DNA of 64,000 nucleotides from an uncultured Actinomycetes bacterium (GTDB lineage Bacteria; Actinomycetota; Thermoleophilia; RBG-16-64-13): NCBI GenBank assembly GCA_963841735.1, contig CAWJDT010000001.1, positions 1,120,001 to 1,184,000 of the forward strand, read 5' to 3'. Shown piece by piece: positions 60,099 to 64,000 of this stretch (position 1 is its first letter; each line of letters starts with the position of its first letter). The notes under the pieces were generated by a model. It saw only the letters and a program-made list of their open reading frames with translations, ran no database searches and was not told where the DNA came from. The position numbers and the translations under genes were made by a program.

Positions 60099-61509
60099 AT
60101 GGACAAGCCTCTTCGTCGTCTCTTCTTGGTCTTCTGCCTGCTCTTCGTGGCCCTGCTGGTGCAGCTCACCTACGTGCAGGTGGTGGCACGCACCCAAGCT
60201 CAAGGTCAATCCTGCAAACACCCGAGCCCTACAAGAGGAGATGATGGTCGACCGGGGAGTCATCCTCTCCGCCGACGACGTCCCGCTGGCCGTGAACAGG
60301 CAGGAGGGCCGGTATTTCTACCGCGAGTACCCGTTGGGCGGTCTCACCTCTCCGTGGTTGGGCTACAACAGTCTGCAGTACGGCCGGGCCGGAGTCGAAC
60401 GGGTCTACAACGAGGAGCTGTCTGGGGCAGTCGGGCATCTCTGGGGGTGGTGACCTACTGGGACAAGATTCTGGACAAGGCTCACCGAGGCGCCGCGCTC
60501 AGATTGACCGTCAATGTGGCGGTGCAACAGGCGGCTGCAGAAGCCTTGGGCAACCGCAAAGGAGCGGTGGTGGCCCTCGACCCGCGGACCGGGGCGGTGC
60601 TGGCCATGGTGTCATACCCGCGTTACGACCCCAACGAGATCGACGATATATGGGCCGAGCTCAACTCCGATGAGGACAAGCCTCTGCTCAACCGGGCCAC
60701 CCAGGGGCTCTATCCGCCCGGGTCGGTCTTTAAGACCATCGTGGCGGCGGCGGCGCTTGAGACCGGCGCTGTCACCCCAGATACTGAGTTCGACGACACA
60801 GGTGTCTTCCTGGCGGGCGGATACGAGGTGCAGAACTACAACGAGAAGGTCTACGGGGCGCATGACTTCACCGACGCGTTCGCCAGCAGCATCAACACCA
60901 CCTTCGCCAAGATAGGGGTGGATCTGGGAGCGGGTACGCTGGCCCGCTATGCGGGCGACTTCGGCTTTGGCCAAGACATCCCGTGGCCGTTGGCCGCCTC
61001 CGCAAGCCGCTTCCCCGACCCGGCACAAATGGATACCGCCCATGTGGCTCAAGCGGCCTTCGGGCAGGGTGAGGTGTTGGCCACTCCGCTGCAGATGGCT
61101 CTGGCGATTGCGGCGGTGGCCAACGGCGGCCGCATCATGAAGCCGTACATCGTCAGCCAGGTGATCGGCTATCCGATCGATCAGCCGAAGGAGACCAAGC
61201 CGGAGGTGTGGCTGACCCCGATGACGGCCGGTGACGGCGGCCACGCTGAGGGATCTCATGGTCGAGGTGGTGAACCGGGGCACAGGAACCGGGGCCGCGT
61301 TGAACAGCGTCCAGGTAGCAGGCAAGACAGGGACGGCCGAAGTGGCAGATGCCGAAGCACACGCTTGGTTCGCGGGCTTCGCGCCTGCCGATGACCCCCA
61401 AGTGGTGGTGGCGGTGCTGGTTGAGAACGCCGGTACCGGGGGCAGCGTGGCCGCTCCCATCGCACGCCAGGTTATCGCGGCGGCCCTGGGCTCTGACTTC
61501 TTCCTGTGA
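60099..61509 (+). CDS. pbpA: Class B penicillin-binding protein PbpA; apparent frameshifts near 60190, 60440 and 61235
   Basis: RGVILSAD, NRATQGLYPPGSVFK (SxxK), SIN, KTGT, HAWFAGFAP. Confidence 0.9.
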
Positions 61510-61575
61510 CGCACTATCGCGCCCGGGGGTAAACTTGACGGTCGATACGAGAGAAGGGCAAAGGACGAGAATATC

Positions 61576-63600
61576 GTGATAGGACGAGTATTCGACGAGC
61601 GCTACGAGGTCATCCGCAAGCTTGGCAGCGGCGGTATGGCCGAGGTCTATCTTGCTGAGGACCGTCACTTGGGCCGGCAGGTCGCTCTCAAGATACTGCA
61701 CGGGCGCTTCGCGAACGACACTGAGTTCGTGGAGCGTTTCCGGCGCGAAGCCAGCAGCGCCGCCGGTCTCAATCACCCCAGCATCGTGCAGATCTACGAT
61801 CGCGGCGAGGCCGAAGGCACCTACTACATCGCCATGGAGTATCTCGAGGGCCGCACCCTCAAGGACATCATCATCAAGTACGCTCCGCTCGATCCCGAAC
61901 TGGTGGTGTCGATCTCCAGGCAGGTAGTGGAGGCTCTGCGCTTTGCTCACCGCCGGGACATCATCCACCGGGACATCAAGCCGCAGAACATCATTGTCGA
62001 CAACGAAGGCCGGGTCAAGGTCACCGACTTCGGCATCGCCCGGGCGGGCAGCGGGTCTACCATGACCGAGGTCGGCTCGATCCTGGGTACCGCTCACTAT
62101 CTGTCGCCGGAGCAGGCCCAAGGCCAATCGGTAGAGGCCGCTTCTGACCTCTACTCCCTGGGTGTGGTCATGTACGAGATGGCCACCGGCAAGCTCCCCT
62201 TCAACGGCGACAACCCGGTGGGCATCGCCATGCAGCACGTGCACGAGAAGCCGGTGGCTCCGCGCAGCCTGGTTCCCAGCATACCCGCGAATCTCGAAGC
62301 GGTCACTCTGCGGGCCCTGGGCAAGCGGCCTGTGGAGCGCTATCTCACGGCCCAGGCCATGTTGGACGATTTGTGGAGGGTCCAGGACGGTGAATCGGTG
62401 AGCGCACCGGTGATCTTCCAGGAAGAAGCCACCAGGTTGATCACTCCGGCGGCGGCGGCGGCCGCCGCCGCCGCTCAGTCCACGCAGATCCGCCGCCGGG
62501 TGCCCGACGAGCCGCCGTCCGCTTCTGAGGTCCTATATGGTGAGCCGCCGCGCAGGGCCAGCGTGTGGCCCTGGCTGCTTGTGATCGTCCTCATCCTGGC
62601 CCTTGCCGGGACCGCCTTTGCCATCTTCTCCAGTTGGGGGGGAGCCGCAAAGGAGAATGGTGTGGTGCCCGGGGTGGCCGGAATGAGCCTTGACGATGCT
62701 AGAAACGCCATCGAGGAGGCCGGGTTCAAGTTCAAGAACGAGGGTGAGCAGGCTTCTGCTGATATCGCGGAGGGACTGGTGGCCAACCAGTCCCCCAAGG
62801 GAGACACCCAGTTGGCGAAAGGCGAGACGGTCAGTGTGTGGATATCCTCTGGTGAAGGGAAGGTGAAGGTGCCTCCTCTGTCGGGCAAGTCTCGTCAGGA
62901 TGCCATCGACACTCTCGATAGACTCGGACTGTACTGGCACGTCACCGAGGAGATAAACGACGAGGAAGAAGCCGAGAAGGTGCTGCGGCAAGATCCTCAG
63001 GGTGGGGCAGAGGTAGACGCGGGGACCACTGTGGAGTTGTGGGTGGCGGTGCCAAGTTCCACGGTCAAAGTGCCGTTGGTCAAAGGCTCGAGCCAGGTCG
63101 CCGCTGAAGGTCAGCTTACGGGAATGGGTCTGGTGCCCAAAGTAGAGATGGTCGACTCCACGGAGCCGGGTGGGACAGTGGTCGGTCAGGACCCGCCAGA
63201 GGGTACCGAGGTGGAGCGCGGAACCACGGTCACCATCAAAGTGAGCAACGCCCCGCTGCTTGATACCGTGATCGTACCGGCGGTGGGAGGACTGGGGCTG
63301 ACGGTCTCCCAGGCGAAGACCATTCTCAGCGATCACAAGCTGCGGCCCAGGATCGTGTACGTGGAGACGCCGGATTACCCTGTTGACACTGTGATCCAGC
63401 AGGACCCTGTGGCGGGGAAGGAAGTGCCGATCAACAGCTATGTTGAGCTGACCGTGGCCCAGAAGCCCGCCCCCACGACTACTACCGCTTCGACCACAAC
63501 GACGACGATCCCCGCCACTACCACGTCATCCACGACCACCACGACGTCTACGACTACCACGACGTCTACGACCAACACGACGGTAGCGCCGACCCCCTAG
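61576..63600 (+). CDS. pknB: PASTA-domain Ser/Thr kinase PknB/Stk1
   Basis: [35 protein letters not shown], four PASTA-like repeats, Thr-rich tail. Confidence 0.96.
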   Translation: MIGRVFDERYEVIRKLGSGGMAEVYLAEDRHLGRQVALKILHGRFANDTEFVERFRREASSAAGLNHPSIVQIYDRGEAEGTYYIAMEYLEGRTLKDIIIKYAPLDPELVVSISRQVVEALRFAHRRDIIHRDIKPQNIIVDNEGRVKVTDFGIARAGSGSTMTEVGSILGTAHYLSPEQAQGQSVEAASDLYSLGVVMYEMATGKLPFNGDNPVGIAMQHVHEKPVAPRSLVPSIPANLEAVTLRALGKRPVERYLTAQAMLDDLWRVQDGESVSAPVIFQEEATRLITPAAAAAAAAAQSTQIRRRVPDEPPSASEVLYGEPPRRASVWPWLLVIVLILALAGTAFAIFSSWGGAAKENGVVPGVAGMSLDDARNAIEEAGFKFKNEGEQASADIAEGLVANQSPKGDTQLAKGETVSVWISSGEGKVKVPPLSGKSRQDAIDTLDRLGLYWHVTEEINDEEEAEKVLRQDPQGGAEVDAGTTVELWVAVPSSTVKVPLVKGSSQVAAEGQLTGMGLVPKVEMVDSTEPGGTVVGQDPPEGTEVERGTTVTIKVSNAPLLDTVIVPAVGGLGLTVSQAKTILSDHKLRPRIVYVETPDYPVDTVIQQDPVAGKEVPINSYVELTVAQKPAPTTTTASTTTTTIPATTTSSTTTTTSTTTTTSTTNTTVAPTP

Positions 63601-63622
63601 ACCCTTCGACAAAGTGAGCGCC

Positions 63623-64000
63623 GTGAAACCTCCGACTTTTCAAGAAGTGTTGCTGGGCCTGCAGGAGTTCTGGGCCAAGCAGGGCTGCATAGTCTGGCAA
63701 CCGCATCACACCGAGGTGGGCGCAGGGACCTTCAACCCGGCGACCTTCCTCAAGGTCCTTGGACCTGATCCCTGGAAAGTCGCCTACGTGGAGCCTTCCA
63801 TCCGTCCCACCGACGGCCGCTACGGGGAGAACCCCTATCGGTTGGGGCACTACTACCAGTACCAGGTGATCATCAAGCCGTGCCCGGACAACATCCAGGA
63901 TCTCTATTTGGCCTCTTTGGAGCACCTGGGCATCAACCTGGCCGAGCACGACGTGCGCTTTGTGGAGGACGACTGGGAGTCGCCCACCCTGGGGGCGTGG
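63623..64000 (+). CDS. glyQ: Glycine--tRNA ligase alpha subunit, N-terminal part (runs off the window end)
   Basis: [18 protein letters not shown]...[13 protein letters not shown]...[31 protein letters not shown]...[15 protein letters not shown]. Confidence 0.97.
   Translation, partial: MKPPTFQEVLLGLQEFWAKQGCIVWQPHHTEVGAGTFNPATFLKVLGPDPWKVAYVEPSIRPTDGRYGENPYRLGHYYQYQVIIKPCPDNIQDLYLASLEHLGINLAEHDVRFVEDDWESPTLGAW

Overview
High-GC bacterial chromosomal window. Gene content (fhaA-fhaB-pstP-rodA-pbpA-pknB cluster, alpha2beta2-type glyQ, DUF4446-pheA-serS, Hdr/Qmo-like and ORP-like Fe-S clusters, Thr-rich lipoproteins) suggests an anaerobic deep-branching Actinomycetota such as Thermoleophilia; this is an inference. 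Core genes sit at both ends: carB with tRNA-Arg/tRNA-Ser on the left, and tRNA-Ser, pncB, serS, pheA, tRNA-Leu, the Ser/Thr kinase/cell-division cluster and glyQ on the right. The ~44 kb between them is accessory, redox-rich and has no integrase, IS or CRISPR array. Best candidate for an undescribed system: an ArsR-led operon TusA - atypical MvhD - HdrL-like - HdrA-like - small HTH - QmoC-like - DsrE (23.3-31.1 kb) with no aprAB, hdrB or hydrogenase in the window. It converges with an orange-protein (ORP)-like metal-cluster locus whose divergent arms share a TAGATG-N7-CA(TC/CT)TA operator-like motif. Other candidates: a HEAT-repeat/HD-GYP pair sharing a homologous N-terminal domain, a Tat-exported DUF362/polyferredoxin plus Moco-oxidoreductase/cytochrome b module, and a secreted papain-like peptidase with peptidoglycan-binding domains paired with a lipoprotein next to tRNA-Ser. 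Many frameshifts, including in housekeeping genes, are most likely assembly errors. All family calls come from motif recognition by eye; no database searches were run.
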